This document shows, piece by piece, positions 7,286 through 15,769 of a DNA stretch of 27,280 nucleotides. Each line of letters begins with the position of its first letter. The stretch's first letter is position 1. Under the pieces are notes generated by a model. That model was not told where the DNA came from, did not search any database, and worked only from the letters and a program-made list of their open reading frames with translations. The stretch is from Breznakia sp. PF5-3 (GTDB taxonomy: Bacteria > Bacillota_I > Bacilli_A > Erysipelotrichales > Erysipelotrichaceae), in assembly GCF_029504745.1 (NCBI RefSeq), contig NZ_JAQFIQ010000031.1, positions 1-27,280 on the forward strand, read 5' to 3'. A program made the position numbers and the translations under genes.

Positions 7286-9735
7286 GCACACACCTCCTCC
7301 ACTATGCCACTGTGTGAAGTTTTTAAAGACACCTTTGTCTCAGCATGAGGTGTTTTCAATTGCTCAGTGCTACTGTCTTTCAGTGTCGTAAATGCTTCCT
7401 TAAATGTTTTTGGTATATTTAGCTTTGTAAGACTTTTTCGATTGTTATAGTCCTGAAGTAAGAATACATATTTCTTACTATCTTTCACTCCTTCATCTTG
7501 AGTTCTATCGATAAGTGCTCCACGCACTACATCATGATCATCCAACTTCATCTCTTGTAATACAAATTCAATTTCTTTCGATGATTTCAAAGAGCCTACA
7601 TATATTTGGCCAGTGTTATTTAAAATCTCGGCATTAATATCTGATAGCTGTTGTGTGATTACGGATGGATACGTTCTCCATGATCGTGAAGTTACGACAC
7701 AATTAACTACCACATCTTCTCCTCCAGGTATTGCTTTCCATACACGATACTCATCAAATGTTAAATTGTTTTCTTCTACTCCAAATCGCTTCATAAAACC
7801 ATTTACGATTCCCGTCACTTTTGAAATACAAATAGCAAAAATTGCATGCTTAATTTGATAAGGATCAAACGTTACAACCTCTTTTTTATCTTTTGAATAA
7901 ATTGGTACTTCTGCAAAGGTAATCAGATTGTATGACTTATTCAAATTGAAAGCCAAATCAATTTCTGTATCTTGGCTGGCAAAAAACAAACGTGCAATAG
8001 GATCATTTTTTAAACTCAATACCTGCTTTGCAAGATTGTCATCATATACAATCAGCTTCTCTAACAGTGCAGTAAAGGTCATTTGCTTTAATCGCCTTTG
8101 ATCAACATCCTTTTTCATATCTTCATATGCATCATTGATATGGTAGAATGCTATTTCCTGTGTTTTATTCAATGCTCTTGATAAACTGGAAATCATTTCT
8201 TTTGCTTCAGCTAGTGCTTCTTTTTCATCCTCTTTATGCATTAAAAAGCAATCAAACATACCATCTGGATTATCTTTTGCACCAATTTTTAAATGCGATG
8301 CACGATCGCCTAATAATACAATCTTCTTTTCTCGATCACCTTTTGGATCCACCGTTAAAATTCTGCGTCCTTTAAAGATCATATCCACAAAATTACGATG
8401 ATCTGCTAACTGTGTTTTTCCACCTCCTGTTTCTCCACAATATAATGTTGTAGGTGCTCCTGTTTTCGTTTTACCTTCTAATATCTTGGACGTATTATAA
8501 AATACAGGAAGTTCACCTGGCATGGTGTAAGTTTCAATGATTCCTTCCTCATCTTCTCCAATATAAATACCTCCTAAAAAATTATATTGAGCCAAATATC
8601 CAATATCAGTTGGCTGAATATACTTTCTGAAATTATTGCGATAGGGGAACAAATTGTCTGCCAACAAAATCTGCCTTCCTACTTCAATAGACAATTGGAT
8701 CTTTGAAGATTTAAACTTTGTTCGCATATGCTCCCTTCTTTGCTCCAGCAATGACAAAGAAGAAGCGTATACACGTACAAACATTTGCCATCTTATTTTT
8801 GAGTGCTCAATGGACTCATCTACATTCTCTGCGGAAATAGCAAGCAAGCGTCCTTTGATGGCATCTTTATCTTTACGATCTGTCCAACTGATATATCGCT
8901 TCTGTGCTTTTGTGATTGACTCTTTTTTTGCACTCATATGCTTTACAAATTCTTTGGTGTGCTGTAAATCAAACTTAACAACTACATCGCTTGGGAAACT
9001 TGCTAGTTGTAAGCTATTAATCACATCATCTGCGCTTTGATCATCTTTAATCGATGTCTTTTGAAAACTAGATGCAACCATGGTCGACGAGTACAGATGT
9101 TCCCACTTGCTACTCTTAGTACTCTGATATTCATAATGTAAATGTGCAGGTTCTTCCTGCACATAATAATCTTCAATATCCTTTTCTAGTGGTAATGCCA
9201 AGTAATTATGAAACTGTTCTAGTTTTTTTTGATCTGTTACTTTATCTGTATCAATATGCTTGCACATCCTTTTATAAATCTCTTGTTCTGCTACTTGATA
9301 CAATTCTAACTCATCTTTTTTTAGTGGTTTACTTTCAATCGGAAACAGTGCAATATTTTTTCTCTTTTTCATCTCTTCTCTACCATCACAAAATACAAAA
9401 TATATTTCATAACGATATTTGATAGCCTTTTGAAGAATTTCTTTTTGATCCGCTATATAACTCTTCGCTAGATCTAAAAATTCAGGTTTTCCATATACTT
9501 TATAGCTATCTGCATATGCTTGATATACTTTTTGATTATTTACTTTTTTTGGCCGTACCATAAAAAAACCTGGCATATTAATATCCAGGATTAAATCACT
9601 AAATTTCTCTAATAATGTTGCCTTCTGACTTTCCGAAGCAAACAAAGAATTGATAGGACGTATTTTATAATAGTAAGATACACTTTCTTTATAATATACG
9701 ATGTTATCATATGTATAAATTCTACTTATATGCAA
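7273..9735 (-). CDS. VirB4-family T4SS ATPase (Tn916 Orf16 / TcpF / PrgJ-like)
   Basis: Walker A GETGGGKTQ and Walker B ILTVDPKGD. The N-terminal YYKIRPINSLF resembles Gram-positive VirB4 proteins. The GTG at 9744 is part of the SD AAGGAGGTG, so the TTG at 9735 is the more likely start. Confidence 0.85.
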   Translation of the reverse strand: MHISRIYTYDNIVYYKESVSYYYKIRPINSLFASESQKATLLEKFSDLILDINMPGFFMVRPKKVNNQKVYQAYADSYKVYGKPEFLDLAKSYIADQKEILQKAIKYRYEIYFVFCDGREEMKKRKNIALFPIESKPLKKDELELYQVAEQEIYKRMCKHIDTDKVTDQKKLEQFHNYLALPLEKDIEDYYVQEEPAHLHYEYQSTKSSKWEHLYSSTMVASSFQKTSIKDDQSADDVINSLQLASFPSDVVVKFDLQHTKEFVKHMSAKKESITKAQKRYISWTDRKDKDAIKGRLLAISAENVDESIEHSKIRWQMFVRVYASSLSLLEQRREHMRTKFKSSKIQLSIEVGRQILLADNLFPYRNNFRKYIQPTDIGYLAQYNFLGGIYIGEDEEGIIETYTMPGELPVFYNTSKILEGKTKTGAPTTLYCGETGGGKTQLADHRNFVDMIFKGRRILTVDPKGDREKKIVLLGDRASHLKIGAKDNPDGMFDCFLMHKEDEKEALAEAKEMISSLSRALNKTQEIAFYHINDAYEDMKKDVDQRRLKQMTFTALLEKLIVYDDNLAKQVLSLKNDPIARLFFASQDTEIDLAFNLNKSYNLITFAEVPIYSKDKKEVVTFDPYQIKHAIFAICISKVTGIVNGFMKRFGVEENNLTFDEYRVWKAIPGGEDVVVNCVVTSRSWRTYPSVITQQLSDINAEILNNTGQIYVGSLKSSKEIEFVLQEMKLDDHDVVRGALIDRTQDEGVKDSKKYVFLLQDYNNRKSLTKLNIPKTFKEAFTTLKDSSTEQLKTPHAETKVSLKTSHSGIVEEVCAWDE

Positions 9736-10099
9736 GAAATACACCTCCTTTCTTCTTTCTTTCCAAATATCGTTTTTCTCCGCTGCTGCTATAAACTAAT
9801 CGATAGCGTTTGAGCTTTACATAATAAAATTCACTAAACTTTGTTCTTCCTGTTTCATTATTAATCTCATTGTTATATACCACTGCAAATAACACGATTA
9901 ATGCTGCAATCCCAAATGCAATTAAAAAAGCATTTGCACCTAAAATCAGTGATAGTGGAAATCCGATGATTACAATAATGGTAATCAGTGCAATCAGTGC
10001 ACCTACAAAGTTAATCCATCCTACAAATTCAATACCTAAATATGGGACTACAAACTTTGCCTTATATTCATCTGCTACTGCATAATTATTCATTTTCAT
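9722..10099 (-). CDS. Small two-TM transfer protein, TcpE / VirB3-like
   Basis: Two adjacent TM helices (GWINFVGALIALITIIVIIGF, LILGANAFLIAFGIAALIVLFAV). It sits immediately upstream of VirB4 and overlaps it. Confidence 0.55.
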   Translation of the reverse strand: MKMNNYAVADEYKAKFVVPYLGIEFVGWINFVGALIALITIIVIIGFPLSLILGANAFLIAFGIAALIVLFAVVYNNEINNETGRTKFSEFYYVKLKRYRLVYSSSGEKRYLERKKKGGVFLAYK

Positions 10100-10138
10100 A
10101 TGGTTTCATCACCTTTTTAGATTCTCTTCCGTTCTTTA

Positions 10139-10429
10139 TCATAGCGGAAAACCCAATTGTCTAAAAAAAGCCAAAGCAAGATTCCATAGAAATACAATTG
10201 GTGTCACAAGAAAATTAAATATCGTAGATGCTGGATTTTGCATAATGATGATATATACAAAGATCAACAATATTCCAACTCCAATTTCATCTAATACTGA
10301 TGTCCACTTCCCAGTTCTTTTTAATGAAGCTGCTGCACTCTTGATTAACCCATAACATAGTCCTACCATTCCTATCGTTGCAATTACTTTCCAAAAGAAG
10401 TTAAACGCTTCTGTGTTTATAAAATCCAT
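10139..10429 (-). CDS. Small three-TM membrane protein (TcpD/Maff2/VirB2-like position)
   Basis: TAATG stop/start overlap with the upstream gene, and GGAGG 7 nt before the ATG. The family was not recognised. Confidence 0.5.
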   Translation of the reverse strand: MDFINTEAFNFFWKVIATIGMVGLCYGLIKSAAASLKRTGKWTSVLDEIGVGILLIFVYIIIMQNPASTIFNFLVTPIVFLWNLALAFFRQLGFPL

Positions 10430-11376
10430 TAATATACCTCCATTTTCTTAATCTTATTGTTTTCCTTTTTAATCTCTATATAATAATTCCGCGTTCTAGT
10501 TACATATTTATCACTTTCATCTACTTTCACTTGCAAATACATATAATCATCATCCTGTGTTGCTGACGTAATTGTTTGGAGTTTTATCTCCACATGCGGA
10601 TCCAACTTATCAATCACATGACTACTTGTTGTCAGTAGCTTTGCTTGCTTGTAATCATCACTATACGTTTTAAAAAACAAGTTCAGCGTTTGCTTCACTT
10701 GCTTATGTTCATCATCACTAAGTTGTTGATTTGTACTTTCTTTTTCCAGCGTAAGCTTTCCTAGTATTTCCTCGTCTGAAATTCCTTTTACATCATAACT
10801 GGTAAATAAAAGTGGCCTCGTAATTGCATATCGATCTCCTTCTTTTGCTACATCTGCACGTACATACATCGTATCTATTGTCGGTTCTTGATCTTGTAGC
10901 TTTATCTCAATCTTAATTTCTGCATAATAACGATAACTCTTATATTCTTGCTTTAGACTCTTTACTTTATAAAAATTGATCTTTGATACCCTTAAGGATT
11001 CTAATTCTTCTGGATAATTTACCACTTCTTCATTTTTTAAAGTAAAGACGGAAATTACTTTTTTTGACTCCTCACTTTGTGGATACTCAAAATAAGCTTC
11101 CATATAAGTTCTGACAAATACTTCATCACTGATCTCTTCATATTCTGTAGCTGGTGTTGTTTCAAGCAAACTCTTATATCCACCAATGATTGCAAATACT
11201 AAAAAGAAAAGAACTACACTCTTTTTCATCTTTTGCTTACGTTGGATTTTTTTCCATATTTTCAAACGTTCATTTACTAACTCATCTTCACTTTTTTCCT
11301 CAACTACTTCTTGATCTTTCGTTGCTTTTTCATCAGGATTCTTTTCTATGTGTTTATGTAGTCGTTTAAACAACAT
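10429..11376 (-). CDS. TcpC / Tn916 Orf13-like transfer protein (VirB8-like role)
   Basis: Charged N-terminus, a single TM helix (VVLFFLVFAIIGGY), then a segment FVRTYMEAYFEYPQ typical of TcpC-family proteins. The size and position in the T4SS block fit. Confidence 0.55.
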   Translation of the reverse strand: MLFKRLHKHIEKNPDEKATKDQEVVEEKSEDELVNERLKIWKKIQRKQKMKKSVVLFFLVFAIIGGYKSLLETTPATEYEEISDEVFVRTYMEAYFEYPQSEESKKVISVFTLKNEEVVNYPEELESLRVSKINFYKVKSLKQEYKSYRYYAEIKIEIKLQDQEPTIDTMYVRADVAKEGDRYAITRPLLFTSYDVKGISDEEILGKLTLEKESTNQQLSDDEHKQVKQTLNLFFKTYSDDYKQAKLLTTSSHVIDKLDPHVEIKLQTITSATQDDDYMYLQVKVDESDKYVTRTRNYYIEIKKENNKIKKMEVY

Positions 11377-11773
11377 GCTCTATTTCGCCACCTTCCACTG
11401 TGTCGGTTTCTCTATCTCCGACTTCCGTTTCATTGATATTCTTATTCACTTTATTTTTATCAAATTTACGATTAAGTTTTTTGAAAAGATATACACATAT
11501 GTGGCTACCAAAAACAACGACCACACTTGTTAGTAACAACGTATCTAAAAATACGGTGGCCTGAAACTTTTCTTGAATCTCTTTCAGCGTAAAACTTGTA
11601 ACTTCTGAATCCTTAAGTTCTAAAAACATATATGCGTAACATCCCAATACAGTAAAATTTATAATACATATTTGTAAGATGATGATAAAGGGTTTGCGTA
11701 GCTTTCCAAACACCTTCTTCACTTTCATTAGGACATCTTGTCTTTCGTCTTGTGTAATTTCTTTTCTATTCAT
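11366..11773 (-). CDS. Membrane protein, unknown
   Basis: The ATG at 11773 overlaps the upstream stop (ATGAATAG). Two hydrophobic helices are visible. Confidence 0.5.
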   Translation of the reverse strand: MNRKEITQDERQDVLMKVKKVFGKLRKPFIIILQICIINFTVLGCYAYMFLELKDSEVTSFTLKEIQEKFQATVFLDTLLLTSVVVVFGSHICVYLFKKLNRKFDKNKVNKNINETEVGDRETDTVEGGEIEHVV

Positions 11774-11960
11774 AAACTTCAAATTCTATCACCCCAGTAT
11801 CCTCGTTGTACTTCACTTCATTATTCGCTACATAAATACTCAAAAAATGGATCATATTTTCCAAGCTATCATGTGCATAACTAGGAACAACATCACCAAA
11901 ACTATTGATTGTTTCCCCAACTGGGAATTGTTTCTTTGCTTCTGCAAATGTCATATTCAT
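11766..11960 (-). CDS. Hypothetical 64-aa protein
   Basis: AAAGGAG sits 7 nt before the ATG, which overlaps the upstream TAA (TAATG). Confidence 0.5.
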   Translation of the reverse strand: MNMTFAEAKKQFPVGETINSFGDVVPSYAHDSLENMIHFLSIYVANNEVKYNEDTGVIEFEVYE

Positions 11961-12274
11961 TATTTCACTCCTTTACAATTCTTCTGTAGACTTCCTTTTT
12001 TCAAAAACTGCCCTTCAATATACGCTATATCTTCTAGATTCAACTTCTGTACACTAAATCGTGTATGCTCATATCGTGTATAAATATCTTGAAATAGATT
12101 GCATAAAGATGCTTGGTTTTCTCTAAAAAAAGCAAACATCCAAAACATACTTAACTTTGGATATTTGCTCTTCATTTCTATATATTCCTTGCATGCAATT
12201 TGCATGATAATATCTACCTCCTCTTTTCTTTCCTTGCATTCTAGAGAAACTGATATTCTTTTTTTATCTTTCAT
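11960..12274 (-). CDS. Hypothetical 104-aa protein
   Basis: The ORF is in the operon orientation, but the SD spacing is weak. Confidence 0.45.
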   Translation of the reverse strand: MKDKKRISVSLECKERKEEVDIIMQIACKEYIEMKSKYPKLSMFWMFAFFRENQASLCNLFQDIYTRYEHTRFSVQKLNLEDIAYIEGQFLKKGSLQKNCKGVK

Positions 12275-12348
12275 TTATACCTAGTTACTCCTTTCTCACT
12301 GCCATTGTATGGTGCGTTTACATCCACTACGTATGCTTCATGTTGCAA

Positions 12349-13179
12349 TCAATATAGAATTGCTTCTTGCCCGATTGGTAATCCATTAGCATCATAAATA
12401 TTTCTACATGATCCATTACTATAGGGCGCCAGGTAATCTCTACATGCCTTTTGAGCACTTACCATATTATATCCATCAGTGAACAAAAACTGCTTACTCT
12501 CTGCTTTTGGTAATGTTGGTTGACTTGGTTTGGAAGATGATGATTCATTCTGGTTTATATCGTTATTTCCGCCATTTTGAGCATTGTTCTCCTCTTCCTT
12601 AACTTGTTCATTATCTCTTGACTTTTCTTTCACAATCAGCCTTAAAATCGCTGACACCTTATTTCCGTTTTTATCCTTACAACTATATAAAATTTCATGA
12701 ATTCCCACCCTATCATAATGTTTAGGCTTTTTAATCGCTACCTTTAATTTTCCATCAATTGGATCTTCTGCTTTTTTTACATAGGACTGTAAATCAATCG
12801 CAGTGCCTTCTTCAATTGATACCTCTGTAGCAGTAAGCTCTAACACTGGTAAGATAGGATCACTAAAATTTAACACTAATGCGAACTCTTTCTGATTTCC
12901 ATAATCATCATAAGCAACATAAATATATACATGTTCACCTACCTGTGAGGTATCAATTGTTGGATATGCAATATCTACAATATTATTACTGCTATTTTTC
13001 ACAAAAGAAATAGCATCCAGTTCACTCTCTGCTTCATATACACTCTCCACCTTTTTGAAGGTTATTTGCATAGCTTTATAAGATTGTTGTTTTTGATAAT
13101 CATAGTAGAAATACGCACCCATACCAGCTAGCAGAAATAAACAGACGAAAATTATTAAAACCGGCTTTTTATTTGCCAT
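12349..13179 (-). CDS. Membrane-anchored surface protein with a bacterial Ig-like domain
   Basis: GGAGA sits 5 nt before the ATG at 13179. The N-terminal anchor is KKPVLIIFVCLFLLAGMGAYFYY. The pattern VSIEEGTAIDLQSYV...DGKL...VGIHEILYSCKDKNGNKVSAILRLIV is Ig-like. An N/S/Q-rich linker precedes a Cys-containing C-terminal domain. Confidence 0.55.
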   Translation of the reverse strand: MANKKPVLIIFVCLFLLAGMGAYFYYDYQKQQSYKAMQITFKKVESVYEAESELDAISFVKNSSNNIVDIAYPTIDTSQVGEHVYIYVAYDDYGNQKEFALVLNFSDPILPVLELTATEVSIEEGTAIDLQSYVKKAEDPIDGKLKVAIKKPKHYDRVGIHEILYSCKDKNGNKVSAILRLIVKEKSRDNEQVKEEENNAQNGGNNDINQNESSSSKPSQPTLPKAESKQFLFTDGYNMVSAQKACRDYLAPYSNGSCRNIYDANGLPIGQEAILY

Positions 13180-13312
13180 GACTATCTCCATGCATTTTAT
13201 TGCTGTGCCATAATGACAGCCGATCATGTTTTGGATCTCGAGTTATAATCTTATTTTCTTGTTCCTTGCATTTTCGTATATAATCTTCCTTGTCGTTTGT
13301 CATAAACGCCAT
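13175..13312 (-). CDS. Hypothetical 45-aa protein (below track cut-off)
   Basis: AGAGGA sits 7 nt before the ATG at 13312. Its stop overlaps the next start (ATGGCAAATAA). Confidence 0.35.
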
Positions 13313-13375
13313 ACGTGTTTCCTCTTGTTTAATAATGTTCACCTTCTTTCCAAAATCAAAGCTTTTTTATAATAG

Positions 13376-13402
13376 AAAATGTGCCAGTGACTGGCACATT
13401 TT
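13376..13402. repeat. Palindrome family copy 4, perfect 27-bp version (AAAATGTGCCAGTGACTGGCACATTTT)
   Basis: 13-bp perfect arms with A4/T4 flanks. It touches the adhesin stop codon (13402-13404). It looks like a bidirectional terminator-type hairpin. Confidence 0.85.
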
Positions 13403-15636
13403 TACTCTTTCTTTTTATTCTCAAGATAATCTGAAGTTGACGACTGGTTTGGTTCACCTCGATTTTTATAAACTTTTTTATTTACATATCCTGTTTTGAT
13501 TTTCTGTGCTGATATACCACCTTTTCTTGCTTTCTCAGTTGTATGCGCTTGATATGATGCCTGTTGTCCTGCGCCTTTGTAGGCTTTCACAATCTTCTCA
13601 CTTTGTTCCTCAATCGCCAATTGAAAACGTAATGTCTCATTTCGTTTATAAATAAGAAATCCAATCAACATCATTACAAGCCCTGATATTCCAAGTAACC
13701 CCATATTTCCATACATATTGCTCGTATCTCCACTTTTCACGATCTCAATCATTTCATTTGTGTAAGTAAATGAATATACTTTGTTTTCATCAAACAATGC
13801 TTTCTCACTTTCATTGTCGATTGCAAATATTTTCACTTCATCAGAAAGAAGAAATCCTGCTGGCGCTTTTGTTTCTTTAATCTCCACTTTTGCAACTTGA
13901 CCTTTAATTTTAAAAGTTGCTGTACCATCTTTTGTATTTGCATTTACTTTTTGTGTGTCTACAACCTTTCCATTTACGTCATACAACTTAGCTTCAAACT
14001 CAAAATCGTTATGAACGATTGCTTCGCCAGTTCGCTCATTTGTCTTATTCACGATAACCGTATATTCTTTTAACTTATTAATCATTTCATGTCCATCATT
14101 GATTGCAATATAAAGTTCTTCTTCATCTGTATCTGCGCTAATTGTAAATGGATAGATAGTTTCATCTAGTTCATAAGAATCATTGGTTTTTGTTTCTTTT
14201 ACATAATATTCTCCATATGGAAGATCAATAGTAAATGGTGTTTCTACTTCTTCACCACTTATATCATCTATTGTTCTTGAAACCATCATTCCTTCTGCAT
14301 CAATTCCAAATGTTGTAATTGGAGTATCTTTATCAATACTCAATGTTTGATTGTAGTTATAAAGAACATCAGCAGCATAGATTGTAAATTCAATATCTTT
14401 AAATGCTTCCTCGTTTTGAAGCGCAGCTACTGGATTCTTTTCCAATGTTTTGTTGATTGAATAAAACTGTGGCTTTTTCATATTCTCTGCAGCAATTGTT
14501 TTTAATTGCTCTCCTCCTCCAGCAGCAGTTACAGAATGTTTATAGATCGCTGTATCCCGATTATATCCAATTGGAGCTCTTGTTTCTTCAATATTGTAAT
14601 TTCCTTCTGGTAAGTTATTGCTAGTGGCGATACCATTAGCATCTGTAGTAATTACTTCTACTATTGCACCATCTGCATAAAGTTCTTTTCCACTATGATT
14701 TTTGATGACTCCATCTGCAGTAATTGTGAATTCAGCATCAGCGAGACTTTGCAAACTGAAGACTGGTGATTGGTAGGTAGTACCATCTACTGTTGTTTCA
14801 CTGATCTCACTAAATGCATTCCCTGTTTTTTGAATTTTTACATTTCCATTCGATGTGCGTATGTTGAGTTTACTTGATGCGGGATCTCCTAATGGATAAT
14901 AACCGATATTTTGACTTACTGGATGAGTATAGATGATTCCTGATTCAGAAGTTGTAGCAAACTTATAAAAGACAGCAGTTCCGTTCGCATTACCTCCATT
15001 ATTTTTGAGAGTAATGTTATTTCCGCTTCTTGTAATCGTTACACCAGCTATACTACCGATTTGTGCCATACCAGCTACAACTCCATTGCTATCCTTAATT
15101 GTTTTACTTTCACCTTTATTTAAAGTAATTGTTTGATTATTCCAGCTTGCTAATACCGTATGTCCTTTTATCTCAGTAGCAATTTGCGATTTTCTAGCTG
15201 CGTAGTTTGGAACATCATGTGACGTTGGTGTATATCCAAAATATTCCCATACCATTAATTGCCAAACCGCATAGTCATAATTTGACTTTGTACTTAATTT
15301 TGTCCAAGCATGGTATTGTAATTTAGACAAGTAATCATTACTCGCTGGAGTTGGTGTATAATTTCCAAGGTCAGTTACATTTTTCCATGGCTGTACACAC
15401 GACCCAACATTAGCATCTACCACTAGTTTATCAATACTTTGCCCATTAAAAAAGGCACTTACACCATTCCCTGATGGATCCCATGCTTGTCCTGTATGAT
15501 GGTAACCAGTAGCTGTTATTGAATTAATAGTACTTGCACTTAATCTTGTTTTGTTTCCTATTGTTAGAAAACTTGCCATTATCATTGTCAGTGCAAAAAC
15601 AAATGATATACTTTTTCTCATTATTTTACGTTTCAT
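13402..15636 (-). CDS. Large surface adhesin: thioester-like N-terminal domain, Cna-B (SpaA-type) repeats, C-terminal TM anchor and cytoplasmic tail
   Basis: GGAGG sits 5 nt before the ATG at 15636, followed by the signal peptide MKRKIMRKSISFVFALTMIMASF. Cna-B signatures are NLPEGNYNIEETRAPIGY, LPYGEYYVKETKTNDSYELD and VEIKETKAPAGFLL. TED-like motifs are GSCVQ and AVWQLMVWEY. The track ORF extension to 15792 is an artefact. Confidence 0.8.
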   Translation of the reverse strand: MKRKIMRKSISFVFALTMIMASFLTIGNKTRLSASTINSITATGYHHTGQAWDPSGNGVSAFFNGQSIDKLVVDANVGSCVQPWKNVTDLGNYTPTPASNDYLSKLQYHAWTKLSTKSNYDYAVWQLMVWEYFGYTPTSHDVPNYAARKSQIATEIKGHTVLASWNNQTITLNKGESKTIKDSNGVVAGMAQIGSIAGVTITRSGNNITLKNNGGNANGTAVFYKFATTSESGIIYTHPVSQNIGYYPLGDPASSKLNIRTSNGNVKIQKTGNAFSEISETTVDGTTYQSPVFSLQSLADAEFTITADGVIKNHSGKELYADGAIVEVITTDANGIATSNNLPEGNYNIEETRAPIGYNRDTAIYKHSVTAAGGGEQLKTIAAENMKKPQFYSINKTLEKNPVAALQNEEAFKDIEFTIYAADVLYNYNQTLSIDKDTPITTFGIDAEGMMVSRTIDDISGEEVETPFTIDLPYGEYYVKETKTNDSYELDETIYPFTISADTDEEELYIAINDGHEMINKLKEYTVIVNKTNERTGEAIVHNDFEFEAKLYDVNGKVVDTQKVNANTKDGTATFKIKGQVAKVEIKETKAPAGFLLSDEVKIFAIDNESEKALFDENKVYSFTYTNEMIEIVKSGDTSNMYGNMGLLGISGLVMMLIGFLIYKRNETLRFQLAIEEQSEKIVKAYKGAGQQASYQAHTTEKARKGGISAQKIKTGYVNKKVYKNRGEPNQSSTSDYLENKKKE

Positions 15637-15663
15637 GTTTCCTCCATTTATATTTTTTTTGCG

Positions 15664-15691
15664 TAAAAAAAAGACGAGTATCACTCGTCTT
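15664..15691 (-). terminator. Rho-independent terminator-like hairpin upstream of the adhesin gene
   Basis: Minus strand AAGACGAGT-GAT-ACTCGTCTT followed by T7/T8. It lies 28 bp upstream of the adhesin ATG. Confidence 0.6.
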
Positions 15692-15769
15692 ACAGATATA
15701 CCTTTCTCCTTTTTTGTAACATTTACGGGCCTCGTTCCCATACCATATATTTCATATGTACTCCTTTCA

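Noticed and set aside
13390-13410. The right half of the palindrome (CTGGCACATT) resembles the sigma-54 -24 element TGGCAC.
   Set aside because: None of the copies has a TTGC(A/T) -12 element at the required spacing (N5 after TGGCAC). No sigma-54 activator gene is visible.
13717-13740. A possible LPXTG sortase signal in the adhesin (VKSGDTSN before the TM helix).
   Set aside because: It does not match LPXTG or the SPKTG-type variants. The TM helix is followed by an 81-aa tail rather than a short basic stop-transfer sequence. I therefore call it a TM anchor; a degenerate sorting signal cannot be excluded.
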